NCBI RefSeq assembly: GCF_048593235.1
Contig: NC_133617.1
Location: forward strand, 326,741,988-326,805,987
Source: Sminthopsis crassicaudata
Taxonomy: Eukaryota
Reading direction: 5' to 3'
Length of the DNA stretch: 64,000 bases
The notes under the pieces were generated by a model. That model worked only from the letters and a program-made list of their open reading frames with translations, was not told the origin of the DNA and made no database searches. Position numbers and translations under genes: made by a program. Shown here piece by piece: positions 28,032 through 39,100 of this stretch. Position 1 is the stretch's first letter. Each line of letters opens with the position of its first letter.

Positions 28032-28893
28032 AAAAAAGATTACTTGAGCCTTAGAAAATCATGTTGCCAGCAATGCTCTGGATTGACCAGGGAGAAACAG
28101 GTAGCTCTGGGAGACTATATTTGAGGCTGAGTCATCAAAATATGAGGTAATGAGATTTTGAAACTAGTGGAGAGAAGGGGAATGGATGAGATAGAAATTG
28201 TAGATGTGGAAGACTTGGCTTTCAATTGGTTGTGGGAGTTGAGGGTGAGAGAAGAGTCATCAAGATAGAAAACCTGGGTAGCTGAAAGGATGTTGCTACC
28301 CTTCACAAAAATAGAGAACTTTGGAAGAGTGAAGATAATTGAATTCTCTTAGGAACATTGTTGATGTCACTGGATGTCAATGGACTATTTAGTTGGAGAT
28401 ATCAAGTTGGTTATACAGAGTAGGGATTCAAAAAAGAAATTAGGGCTATATATATATAGATTTTGAAGTTTTAAATTCATCTAGTCCTTTTTGCAGCCAA
28501 TGAATAAAATGACATATTGATTCAGGAGCAACAACTATGAGGTAAGGACAATAACAGAGGTTGCTCCTTTCCTAACAGAGTCATAATTAATGTCTGGAAA
28601 ATGTTTTGATTCCCTCTGAGACTCTGAGAAAGAATAATTATTGCTATACAATTAAATATCTTGGATTAAAATTTTGAAAAAATGGAAGCTTTAAAATGTC
28701 TTTTATTAGTGATTCATGTAAAATTACTTGGTTTTCTTTAAGAATTTCTAAAAATCATGTATCCATTTTTCCATGAAATCATTTTATTTTGTGAACATAA
28801 GACTTGCCACATTGGATCAACAAAGATATGTTGTGGAAACTTATAGTTGCTGTCCTTGAAATCTTCTTCAAAGATTAGGGATACTGCAAACAT

Positions 28894-29042
28894 CTTTTTT
28901 AATGCAATTTTATTTTATTTTCAATTCCAATTTTTTCCTTTCTACTTTCCCTCCTCTACCCATTGAGGAAACAAGAAAAACAAATCCCTCTATGGAAGAG
29001 AGCAGATAAAGGAGCAGAAAAAGAAAAAAGGAGATATGTCTC
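28894..29042 (-). mobile_element. Distal 3' UTR of the old L1 split by the HNRNPDL retrocopy
   Basis: 'ttttattttcaattccaa...ctcctctacccattgaggaaacaag' is an old marsupial L1 3' end. It supplies the part missing from the L1 that resumes at 34042. Confidence 0.6.
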
Positions 29043-29765
29043 TTTTTTCACGGAAAAATAACCTTTACTTACAGTACAAAACTATTCACAAGTTCATAGG
29101 ATTTGCTTTAATGATTTTTCTTAAAAACTTTCCATAATTCTTCTAACTTTCCAAATAAGTATTCCAGTAGGAAATATCTCTTTATGGTTTGGCAGTGTCT
29201 GTGACTATTTGGAGTAAATTTTGTTTACTCCCAATTCTGTGGTGAAAATGATTGATCATATTAATCTTTGATTAAGTTTCAATGGATATGGAAATATCCA
29301 AATCTAGTTATACTTATTCAATGCAAATATCAGGTAATCATAAGAGGGTTTTTTTGTTGTTGTTTTTATAAATGGGTTCAAATCATTTTATCAACCCACA
29401 AAGTTTTTAAGCATGCCTTATTTTTATGGACCTTCATAAAAATAAAAGTCTCTGGCCTGGTAGAATCAGTTTAAGCTATTCACAACATGCTGAATTAACT
29501 TCTCATCACAAAGTTCCAAAGAATGCACTTGGGCAACAAATATTACTTAACTGCATTTTACAACCTGTAGTTATTTTAAACATGAACAAGAATCCCTAAC
29601 ATAAGGAATTAGGCAACTGAAGTGAAGTTTGCTGTTCCTGATAAAAGATCACTGCTTCTCCCTACTGTCCATGACTGTCTAGAAAATGAATTGTACCTCA
29701 ATTATTGCTTATTTAATATTATGTCTTCATAGAAATATTTAGTGTCAAAAACCGAAAAAACAATT
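29043..29765 (-). pseudogene. HNRNPDL: HNRNPDL processed pseudogene, distal 3' UTR part
   Basis: It resumes right after the 13-bp TSD of the inserted HAL1. The minus strand 'taaataagcaataatttgaggtacaattcattttctaga' resembles the recalled HNRNPDL 3' UTR. It ends in a short A run (29043-29048) followed by a degenerate TSD. Confidence 0.7.
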
Positions 29766-30198
29766 AAAATAATTTATTCTTTTTTCTTTTCTTCATTCAT
29801 TTTAAACCTAAATACAAAGTAGAAAAAGAAAAAAAATCCATTGCTATGTATGCAGCAGAACATATGAGAGAATTCAAAATATAAAGCAATAAATCTCCAT
29901 TTCAAGAAATCCTATATGATAAATATTACCCTTCCTGTTCAGAGCTGTCCATCTTTTCTTTGCTGATTTTCTTTTGTTTTTTGTTGTGTACTTTTTGCAT
30001 TATTCCCTCCTGGATTCCTGAAGGCTACTTTTGATAAGTAAAAAGAGAAAGAAAGGCAGATTTGTAGAATATGCCCACATACATACATATGATAAATATA
30101 CACATGTATGCATACATATACATAGATAACTCTAATTATATACATATCTACACATACACATTTACATGCATCTTTGTTTCTTTAAAGGGGCATACCCA

Positions 30199-30342
30199 GG
30201 GGCAGCTAGGGTGGCACAGTGGATAGAGCACCAGCCCTGAAGTCAGGAGGACCTGAGTTCAAATCTGGTCTCAGACACTTAACACTTCCTAGCTGTGTGA
30301 TCCTGGGCAAGTCACTTAACCTCAGTCTCAGGAAAAAAAAAT
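30199..30342 (+). mobile_element. WSINE1-type CORE-SINE inside the HAL1
   Basis: Complete head, core and tail. TSD aaaggggcataccc (30184-30197) / aaaggtgcataacc (30343-30356), 12/14. Confidence 0.92.
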
Positions 30343-31613
30343 AAAGGTGCATAACCTCTTCCTTCATATAAAAAGTGCATAACCTCTTCCTTCATAAGCC
30401 CAAGTCTTTCCATCTTTTTCTAACTGCCAACTCAAAAATTTCCTATATTACCACATTATTCCAACCTTATATTGTCTTGTTATTTTAGTAGTCTAAAATA
30501 ATATTGATTAATATGACTGACATATAGATTTTTCCTATTTTCCTGTTTTGATTAAATCTAATCTATTTTATCTTTGATTTTGACCTAGATCATGATTACT
30601 ACTTCTGCTTTTTTTAAAAATATAAATTATACTTCTGATCTTTATTTTATGTTTATAGCTCTTATTTCCTATTCCTCCTGACTGCTCTGCTTTACTTCTA
30701 CCCCCAACTTAGTCCCTCCTATTACTTAACCTATCTTCCCCCTAATCAGACCCCTCCCTTATCCTCTCCTCCCACCTTTATGCCTTGGCCTCTTGTTTCT
30801 CTGAATTTAGACATTTTTATAGCCATATATAGATTGTGTTCCCTCTCTATCCCATTCTTGTCAATATACAAATCCTTCAATACTCCCCATTCTATTACTT
30901 CCTTATCCTCTTATTTCTTTATAACGTCAGAATACTTTTATTCCCTTCTAAATTTTTGTTTTTCTCTTTTTAACCTAGATCTGATATGAGTAGAGTTCAC
31001 TCTAAAAATACCTCCCTTATCCTCTCCTCCTTCCCAATCCCCTTTCTAAATTTAGAAGACTTTTATACCTTTGTATATGTGTGTGTGTATGTATGTATGT
31101 GTGCATGCATGCATATGTATATGTATATATGGTTCCTTCTTTAACCCATTCTCAATCCAAAACTACTAGTCCTTTTCCCTCATCTAATTCTTCTGCGACA
31201 TTCTTCCTCTTGCATCTCATTTGTATAATTTTTTCACCTTTTTCTCAATTATTTTGTTTTTTAGAATCATATCATACTTAGCTCTGCCCCCCATCTTTCT
31301 TTTGACCAACCCATATGACAGTCTTAGACATATGGTTTACATTTCCAAATATAAAAAATAGAGTTTGTTCCTATTATAATTAGTTCCCTTATAATTAGTC
31401 TTTGATATTTATCTTATAGTTCTCTTGGATCTTGTATTTTTCTATTAATTTTTCTATTAAGTTCAAGTCTTTTTGCAGCAGAATACTAAAAGTCTGGCAA
31501 TACATTGAATGTGTTTTATTTTTTTTTCCCCATTCAGGATTATGCTTAACTTTGTTGGATATGATATTTTTGGCCTCAACCTCAGTTCTTTTTGCTTATA
31601 TCTATGTAGATAT

Positions 31614-31656
31614 CTATCTATCTATATATCTATCTATCTATCTATCTATCTATCTA
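31614..31656. repeat. (TCTA)n microsatellite
   Basis: Tandem tcta units with one interruption. Confidence 0.9.
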
Positions 31657-32002
31657 AACTGTTCTAAGACCCCATGGTCTTCTAATGTAGCTGCTTCTAA
31701 ATCTTGTATGATGCTAATTGTGGCTCTGCCATATTTGAATTTTGTTTTTTTTTTCTTGATGCTAATAATATTTTCTTCTTAACCTGGAGGTTTTAAAATT
31801 TGGATATGATATTCCTGTGGGTTTTCCTAGTAGGATTTCTTTCTGTTGATTATTTGTGAATTTTTTTTCCCTATTTCTACTTTCCCCTTTTTGTTCTAAC
31901 ACTACAGGACAATTATCTTTAATTATTTCTTGTATTTTTGTATCAAGATTATTTTTTTGTTTGATTGTAGCTTTCAGGTATTTCAATTACTCTTATGTTT
32001 TC

Positions 32003-32081
32003 CTTTTTTTTTTTTTTTCCCCCCTCCTTCCCCGTCTCCCCCCATGGCAGGTTGACCAATACATGTTAAATATGTGAAAGT
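32003..32081 (-). mobile_element. 79-bp L1 3' UTR micro-insertion
   Basis: Matches the 3' UTR of the L1 at about 8068-8113 and has an A15 tail. Perfect 12-bp TSD tcttatgttttc (31991-32002 and 32082-32093). Confidence 0.9.
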
Positions 32082-32277
32082 TCTTATGTTTTCTCTTGAT
32101 CTCTTCTCCAGAACAGTTGTTTTTTCTTATGAGATGTTTAATTTTTTTTCATTTTTTATGTCTAATTTCATTTATCTCATTTTACTCAATTTTTCATTCA
32201 TCATATTATTTTTCTTGGTCTCTTATAACTTTGCTGGCCTCCCTTTGCCCAATTCTAATTTTCAAGAAGTTGTTTTC

Positions 32278-32614
32278 TGTAAAGGACTAGAACTGAGCAT
32301 ATGTATTTGACCTAGATTCAAGGTAATCTAGCACTTAGGGCTAATTACCAATTGGACAATTCTCTATTAACATGTTTGAAAGATGACCCTACTCAACTCT
32401 ATTCAGGGTAGATCTGTGGGTGTGGTGAGAGAAGGGAGGAGAGATCTTCAGGTGGAGTAGAATGAGGAGGATCATTCTTTTGGCTGTGGAGAGAGAGGAA
32501 GGAGGTGTGGAGATTGCTAGATCTAATCCCCTGAAGGCTACCCCAAAAGACCAAGAATAAAGACTTTTGCTTATCTTGACTCCAGCTGATTCTAAGATAT
32601 CCAGGGTCACAACA
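32278..32614 (+). mobile_element. ERV solo LTR inserted in HAL1 ORF1
   Basis: TGT...ACA termini, AATAAA at 32556-32561, 337 bp long. 6-bp TSD gttttc (32272-32277) / gttgtc (32615-32620). A 6-bp TSD is typical of class II (ERVK/beta-like) integrases. Confidence 0.85.
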
Positions 32615-33000
32615 GTTGTCTTTTTTAAGATTCTAGATATCCTTTTTCAGATGATTGATTTTCTTTTCATAATCTTGTTTTTCTTGGGTTGTTCTTATTT
32701 TTTAAATTTTTTTTCTTTAGTCTCTCATTTGATTTTTTAAAGTTCTTTTGTGAATTCTTTTTGGGCAGATAAATTTTTGATATTACTCTTTGGGGTAGGA
32801 GAGTTTTTTTTTTTCTTCAGTATTCTCTTGAAAAGATGAACCTCATAACAACTTCTCTGTTGGGTTCTTTCTCCTTTGCTTGTTCTTTTTTTTAGCTGTA
32901 TGTTATTGTAGACATCTCTTCATGATCACTACCCTTGCTTTTTTCCCCCATAAATTTTACTCTGCCATCTTCTAAAATCCTCTCCCCAAAATAATTTATT

Positions 33001-34041
33001 TTGTGAATAATTTATCATAAAATTTTACAAATGAAATTTCTATAGAACCAAATTCACATTTGTCCCAACAGATGGCAAAAGATAACATAAAAAATATAGC
33101 AAGAAAAAACCCTATAGGCATCTTTATATAATTGGATGCAACTGTGTCATGTACACTAAAAGTCTTTTCTAAATACTTATTTCAGATCAATTGAAGACCA
33201 CTTTCCATTCAATATTGTCATTTTGCAAGATAAATTGCTGCATCATTTGCAACCATTTATCCACACCCTTTTTTAACGTAAGTGGTAATTTTTTCCTTCA
33301 GTATGATTTGTTTACCTCAGCCATGACCTCTGGTGCCATCTTGGCCACTAGCCACAATACCCCTTTAGGTTGTTTCTCTTGCTTCCTGTGTGTCTTTTGG
33401 TGCTGTGAAATTTTGATTTTACACTTTCCAGAACCAATATAAATAGCTGTTTTCTAATAAATTCTTCATTAATTATCTTTGTATATGATAAAAACAGAAT
33501 CTTCTTTCACTTATTATTGTCCATAGGAAGTTCAATATTCTCAATCTTTTCAAATGGCCCAAAATATTCTTTGATTTATTTTTTAGATGCATTTGTGTCC
33601 TGTTTACCCACACATACTTTTTTGAGGAGCTCTTTTCCTTTTAAAGCATTAACACTTTGAGGGACTTGCTATCTTGCCATTCAGTTTGTTTTCTTTGAGT
33701 TCTAGGACCTCATCAACATTGGCAGCATCTTTGAAAAGCACAAATCCAAATCCTTTTGGTCTTCCAGTGACTGGATCTGTTTTAATTGTGCAGTCTCCAG
33801 ATTCTTCAAAATGAGACAGGTACTCAATTAGATCTTTCTTGTTCATATCCCAGTTTAGCCCTTTATTAGACATTTTATTGTCACCCTGCTGATTCTTGCT
33901 GATGTTGATTTTGGACAAATCAATGAACTTGTTATTTCTGTACTCATTCATGTCCTTCATGGTGGTAGTTTTGTCAGCCAGGGGCAAATGGCAGGGAAAG
34001 TGGTTTGTTGTATGAAGTTATTTTTAAAATGGCAGCAGAAG
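33001..34041 (-). pseudogene. HNRNPDL: HNRNPDL processed pseudogene (5' leader, RRM1, RRM2, proximal 3' UTR), disabled
   Basis: ORF 33649-33987 (MKDMNEY...[10 protein letters not shown]...KKDLIEYLS...[25 protein letters not shown]) matches HNRNPDL MEDMNEY...RRM1. RRM2 continues with frameshifts and stops (IKEYFGPFEKIENIELPMD). No introns are present and the 3' UTR follows directly. Confidence 0.93.
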
Positions 34042-35450
34042 AAAACAATATATGTTTCAATGTGTACTCTTGAGTCCATCATCTGAGTCATCCCCTCTCT
34101 GGAGAGGATAGTATGTTTCATCATGAGTCCTTTGATTGATGATTGTGTTGTTCAGAGTTCTTAAGCCTTTCAAAGTATTTTGCCCATATAATGTTATTGT
34201 TATTGTCTACATCAGTGGTCCTCAAACTTTTTAAATACGGGGTCAGTTCACTGTCCCTCAGACTTTGGGAGAGCCGGACTATAGTAAAAACAAAAGCTCA
34301 CACTCTGTCTCCGCCCCTCGGCCCATTTGCCATAACCCAGCGGGCCGCATGAAAGTCCTCAGCCGGGCTGCATCTGGCCCTCGGGCTGTAGTTTGAGAAC
34401 CCCTGGTCTACATAGTTATTCTTGCTCTGTTCACTTTACTGTACATCAGCTCATACAAGTTTTCCCAGGTTTTTCTGAAACTATCTACTTCAGCATTTCT
34501 TACATACAGCAATATTCCATCATATTCATATAACATAACTTGTTCAATTATTCCCCAATTGATGGACATCTCCTTATTTTCCAATTCTTTACTACTATAA
34601 AAAGAATGTTATAAGTATGTTTTGTAAATATAAATCTTTTTCCTTTATTTTTAAGGCAGATATTAATTGTGGTATTTCAGGGTATAGTTCCAAATTACTT
34701 TCCAGGGTGATTACACCAATTCGTAGCTCTACCAACAGTTCAGTAGTGTACCTGATTCCCCCAGCCTCTCCAACATTTGTCTTTTTTTTTGGTCAATTTA
34801 GGCAAGCTCATTAGTGTGAAGTAGTACCTCAGACTTATTTTACTTTACATTTTTTAAAATTATTAGTGATTTAGAGTAGTGATATCAGACTCAAATAGAA
34901 ATGAAGAGCCATCATACTATATATAAGGATCTCTGTAGGTTGAATGTTGATTTAGAAAACTACATATTAACATCATTTAGCTTCTATTATATTTTAACCT
35001 GGTTCAAATTGCACATGGGCAATGAGTTTGGTACTTATAATGTGGAACGTTTTTTCATATAGATATTTATAACTTAGATTTTTTTTTCTTCTCTGAATTG
35101 TCTATTCATATCTTTTGACCATTTATCAGCTGTGGAATGGCTCTTTAATTTGTTTTAATTCAGTTCTCTATTTCAGAAATGAAACATATATGAGAGAAAC
35201 TTGCTGTAAAGATTTTCTTCTAATTTCCTGCTTCTCTAATTTTTAATTTCATTGGTGTCTATGTGTATATGAGTCTCTCTGTGTGTGTGTGTGTGTGTGT
35301 GTGAAAACTTATAGAATTTTATTTAATCAAAAGTGTTTATTTTACCACCTGTGAATTTATCTCTTGATTTGGTCATGACCACTTCCTCTATCCACAAATG
35401 TAAATAATAATTCCCCTCATGTCCCTCTAATTTGCTTAAGATAACTCCCC
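34042..35450 (-). mobile_element. Old marsupial L1 (ORF2 C-terminus and proximal 3' UTR)
   Basis: 'ttattccccaattgatggacatctcc...ttcatatcttttgaccatttatcag' is the L1 ORF2 end on the minus strand. It is interrupted by the OC1 MITE and a (GT)n at 35281-35303. Confidence 0.85.
34213..34405 (+). mobile_element. OC1 (OposCharlie1)-like non-autonomous hAT MITE
   Basis: 16-bp terminal inverted repeats cagtggtcctcaaact / agtttgagaacccctg (14/16). Perfect 8-bp TSD gtctacat (34205-34212 and 34406-34413). 193 bp long with many CpGs retained. The internal sequence matches the recalled OC1 MITE. Confidence 0.88.
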
Positions 35451-36014
35451 AAATATCTTGATTTCCCTTAGAAAAAATTTTGGCTCTATTTTCTTTGCCT
35501 TTATCTCAGCTGCTTATACATACATACATACATACATATATATATATATATAATTTCAGTCTATGCCATGTGGTACATGAGACTCAGAATTAGGGGACAT
35601 GAGCTTTATTTCCTGATTCATCACTCACTAGAATAAAAAAAAAACCTGTGGAAATCATTTTGTGCTTTGTTTTAATTCCTTGTCTATAAAAAAGATGGGG
35701 TTGGAATAAATGCTCTCTTTCTAGTGGTACATTTCTATGATTCTATGAAAACTCTTGGGAGTAATGAATGCTCTTTTCATTTGTCCTAAACTGACTTTAA
35801 GCTTTGAGGAGGCTCCCTTTGTATTCTCTGGAAATTAGAGAACCTAGACTTCTTTACTTTATCTCTAGCCTTCACAATTTTATAGATTTTGATCATATCC
35901 TCTTTCAGATTTCTTTTGACACTAAAGAACTATAATCCCTTTTTGGCCCATATTTATACAGCTTCTGCTATCCTCTTTTTTTGTGTATATAATTATCACA
36001 ATTACTTGTAAAAC

Positions 36015-36103
36015 TTTTTTTTTTTTTTTGGCTGAGACAATTGTGGTTAAGTAACTTGCCCAGGGTCACACAGTTAGGAAGTGTTAAGTGTCTGAGGCCA
36101 GAT
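36015..36103 (-). mobile_element. 5'-truncated WSINE1
   Basis: Poly(T) followed by 'ggttaagtaacttgcccagggtcacacagttaggaagtgttaagtgtctgaggccagat'. Confidence 0.85.
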
Positions 36104-39100
36104 AAGGAGAGAATATTCTTTGTCTAGAAAATTAGTTAGTCAATCACTGCTAGGCTGAGCTTAGAAGGCAAAATTCTTTCTCCAGTCTATGTCCTTCACC
36201 TCCCTTCTCCTTTTGCTTTAAGTTCCTTGCTTTCATTATTTGTCATCTCCATAGAGGAATTAGGCTCACCCTTGTTCCAATTTCATTTCAACTTAAGTTA
36301 TCTAAAGAACATTTTACTTGTAGTTTTAGTTTAAGGGGAGAGCCTAAGCTGGGTGGATGGGGGAAAGTAAAATGCTTCCCAGAAAGCATAAACGAACCAG
36401 GTTTGGAACAGGAAGATTTATTCTGACATAGAAAAGGAATGCTAAGCAATAATAAGTCACGGGATGATGATAATCAGTTAGAAGGTTAATGTATAAGCCT
36501 CCTTTGGGCATTTATTTACACCAGGACTGGTCATTTGTTGTTTTCCATATCAGTTCTATTAAATATAACCTGAGGCATGCCAAGAGATCTCTTTGATCTT
36601 TTTGGTGGCTTCTCTCTCTGTGGGCAGTTCTTTCTATCTTGGTGGGTCTGCTGCCATTGTCACTAAGTCTGTTTCTGTGGCTGATTTCTCGGGATATTGG
36701 AAAATGCCTGATGCCTTTTAAGACTCACAGGGTTTCACCGAGAAGAATAATTCAGAGGCAGCTTTATCCCAGTCATAGACCCATGTATTTATGTGCTGGA
36801 AGAGTCCTTCCTTTGAGCTCAGAAAGTGATCTTTATGCTCTGAAGCCAGTAGGAATTTCCTATTTGGCGTGTCCTTAGAATTCCAGTTTTGCAGCCAGTG
36901 AAAATTGTCTTCATGATCATTAGTATATAGAAAGTATCTATACCAGCTCAGAAGAAGGAGTGCAAAGATGCGGCATCTGATATAACCAAAGGTTCTTTTT
37001 TTTGAAATATCTTGATTACCAGAATCTTCAAGAAACAATCTGTAATAACTCTTCTAAGTCACAATGTATGGTTCATTTTTTTAATGTTTAAGTACTATAT
37101 AACTGGAAAAATGTTCAACTCTCTCATACAGAAATTCACATATTTTGGGACTAAACTGTGTTAAAATACTTCAAATAGCTAAATGAGAGAGATATTCAAA
37201 GACAGTGTTCATCAATAAAATTTTACAATAATCTGTTTATAAGGTTGAAAGTAATCTTTAAAACTCTTGAGTGCTGATGTCCAAAAGAACAAGAAATGTT
37301 CTAATATTAAAGTCTATAAATTAAAGTCATCCTGAAGAGGCCTAGGTTAAATCCCTTCCAGAGGGAAGGAAGAGAGACAGGAAACAAGTATTTATCAAGT
37401 GCCTTCTATGTGTCTGACACTATGCTAAATGGTTTACAAATATTATCTCATTTGGTCCTCACATTAGCTTCTGAATAGGTGTTGCTATTATCCTCATTTT
37501 ATATTTAAGGAAACTGAGGCAGGAGCTAAGTATCTTTCTTATAATCACGTAGTTGTTTTGAACTCTGATATTTCTGCATCAGGTACAACATTCTATTAAC
37601 TGCTCTATCTGCCTTTAAGGATTTAATTTCACCTTGTTTCATGGACACATATTGTTCTATTATGTAGGAATAATAGAAATTCACATATGGCTAGGTCAAT
37701 AATCATTACCTTCTGAAAAGCAACAATTATACATGAATTTATTAAACATAAATAACAAAATAGATAATTCCTTTCTTTATAAGATTTTTTTTATGACTGG
37801 ATTTTGTAATTTTTAAACCTACAGTATTTATTACCTGGGGTTCATGAAATAAGTCTTAACAGCTTATCATTACTCTAAACAAGGTGGCCAGTTCATAAAG
37901 AACTTTCTGCTCTTTATCACTCCAACTTAGCTGAGTTTTTGTTACAAGATTTTGCTGCTATTATTCTTTCCCATCTTGCTCTCAACTCCTATGTTAAGAG
38001 TGTTGTTTTCCATTAAAAAAACAAAAATAAAAACAAAAACAAAAAACCCCAACATTTCCTTGAGCTTTGTTCTCCCTCAGTAGCTGCATATTTATGCCAT
38101 TGCTTGCTTAGTCTCCACTTTATGCTCTGTTAATGTAGCTTAAATTGATTGGACATTCAGTTCATTTGGCAAAGATGTAAAGTCTAAATAATTATAGACC
38201 GTGAAGATAAAAGGTGAAGGAAATCAGCACTGAATATGAAGCTTTGTATGACCTTGAAAAGTATATTTGGAAAAACCTGTAGGAATTCTGTTCAATTTAA
38301 CAAGCATTTGTTAAATGCTTACTATGTACAAAACATTGTAAATTGGAGATATAAAGCTGAAAATTCAATAAACCTTCCCCTTAAAATGGTTGCCTTCTCT
38401 GGTACTGATATAAGCAATACATTTGAAGAGAGAAAAAGTAGAAGTGACTGGCCATGGAACAAAAGATGTATATTTGCAGCTAAGGTTAATTATATTTTCA
38501 GAGCTTCATAGAAAACAAATAAGAATAGAGGGGGAGATTGATTTATTATTTAATTCTAATCAATTTAGAGTTTATTAAGCACTATGTACTAAGCACTGGT
38601 TTAGATATTGGAGATTCAAAGACATAAACAAAATAACCTCTGTTGTTGAGATTAATATTATACCAGAGAGCAAGATGGGAAGCATCTACCCAGATAATAA
38701 AATGAAAAAAAAAAAAAGCATGCAAAACAATTGCAAAGTAATTTTAATTTAGGGGTAGAGGCAAAAGTACAGAGATGAGAGATGGAACACAAGCATTAAT
38801 CAGTGGGATAGTTTGGCTGGATCATAGAAGTATAAGAGGAAGTCTTGTAAAATCAGTCTAGAACACATTTGGAGTGAAAGTGTGTAGGATTTTGAATAAT
38901 AAAAAAGGGTTTGTTATTAAGAGCTGAAGGAAAGTTAATGTGATGGTGACGGTTTAACCTGCCTGGAATATAACAACCTCCTATTTCATCCTCTGTTACT
39001 AATGGAGAGAAGGAAGCTATAAATTTATGACTCAACAAAGAAGACTGAGATCATCAATCCTGGTGAGTTTCCACACCAATAATGGAAGAGAATGAGTTCT

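Larger units (their letters stand above)
29779..32987 (-). mobile_element. Full-length HAL1-type (ORF1-only) L1 derivative
   Basis: L1-like start 'ggggagaggattttagaagatggcagag'. ORF1 remnants (KIQEIIKDNCPVVLEQ..., 31762-31986), a long non-coding 3' part with no ORF2, and an A-rich tail. Perfect 13-bp TSD aaaataatttatt at 29766-29778 and 32988-33000. Confidence 0.85.

Noticed and set aside
32985-33005. Apparent HNRNPDL-L1 template-switch chimera (no poly(A) between the retrocopy and the HAL1 5' end)
   Set aside because: A perfect 13-bp TSD and resumption of the 3' UTR at 29765 show that the HAL1 inserted secondarily.
33649-33987. Possible functional RRM retrogene
   Set aside because: The RNP2 motif is degraded (MSNKGL in place of MFIGGL), and RRM2 has frameshifts and stops.
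36319-36520. Possible third solo LTR (TGT...ACA)
   Set aside because: No TSD and no similarity to the other two LTRs. It is mentioned only as context for the unidentified segment.
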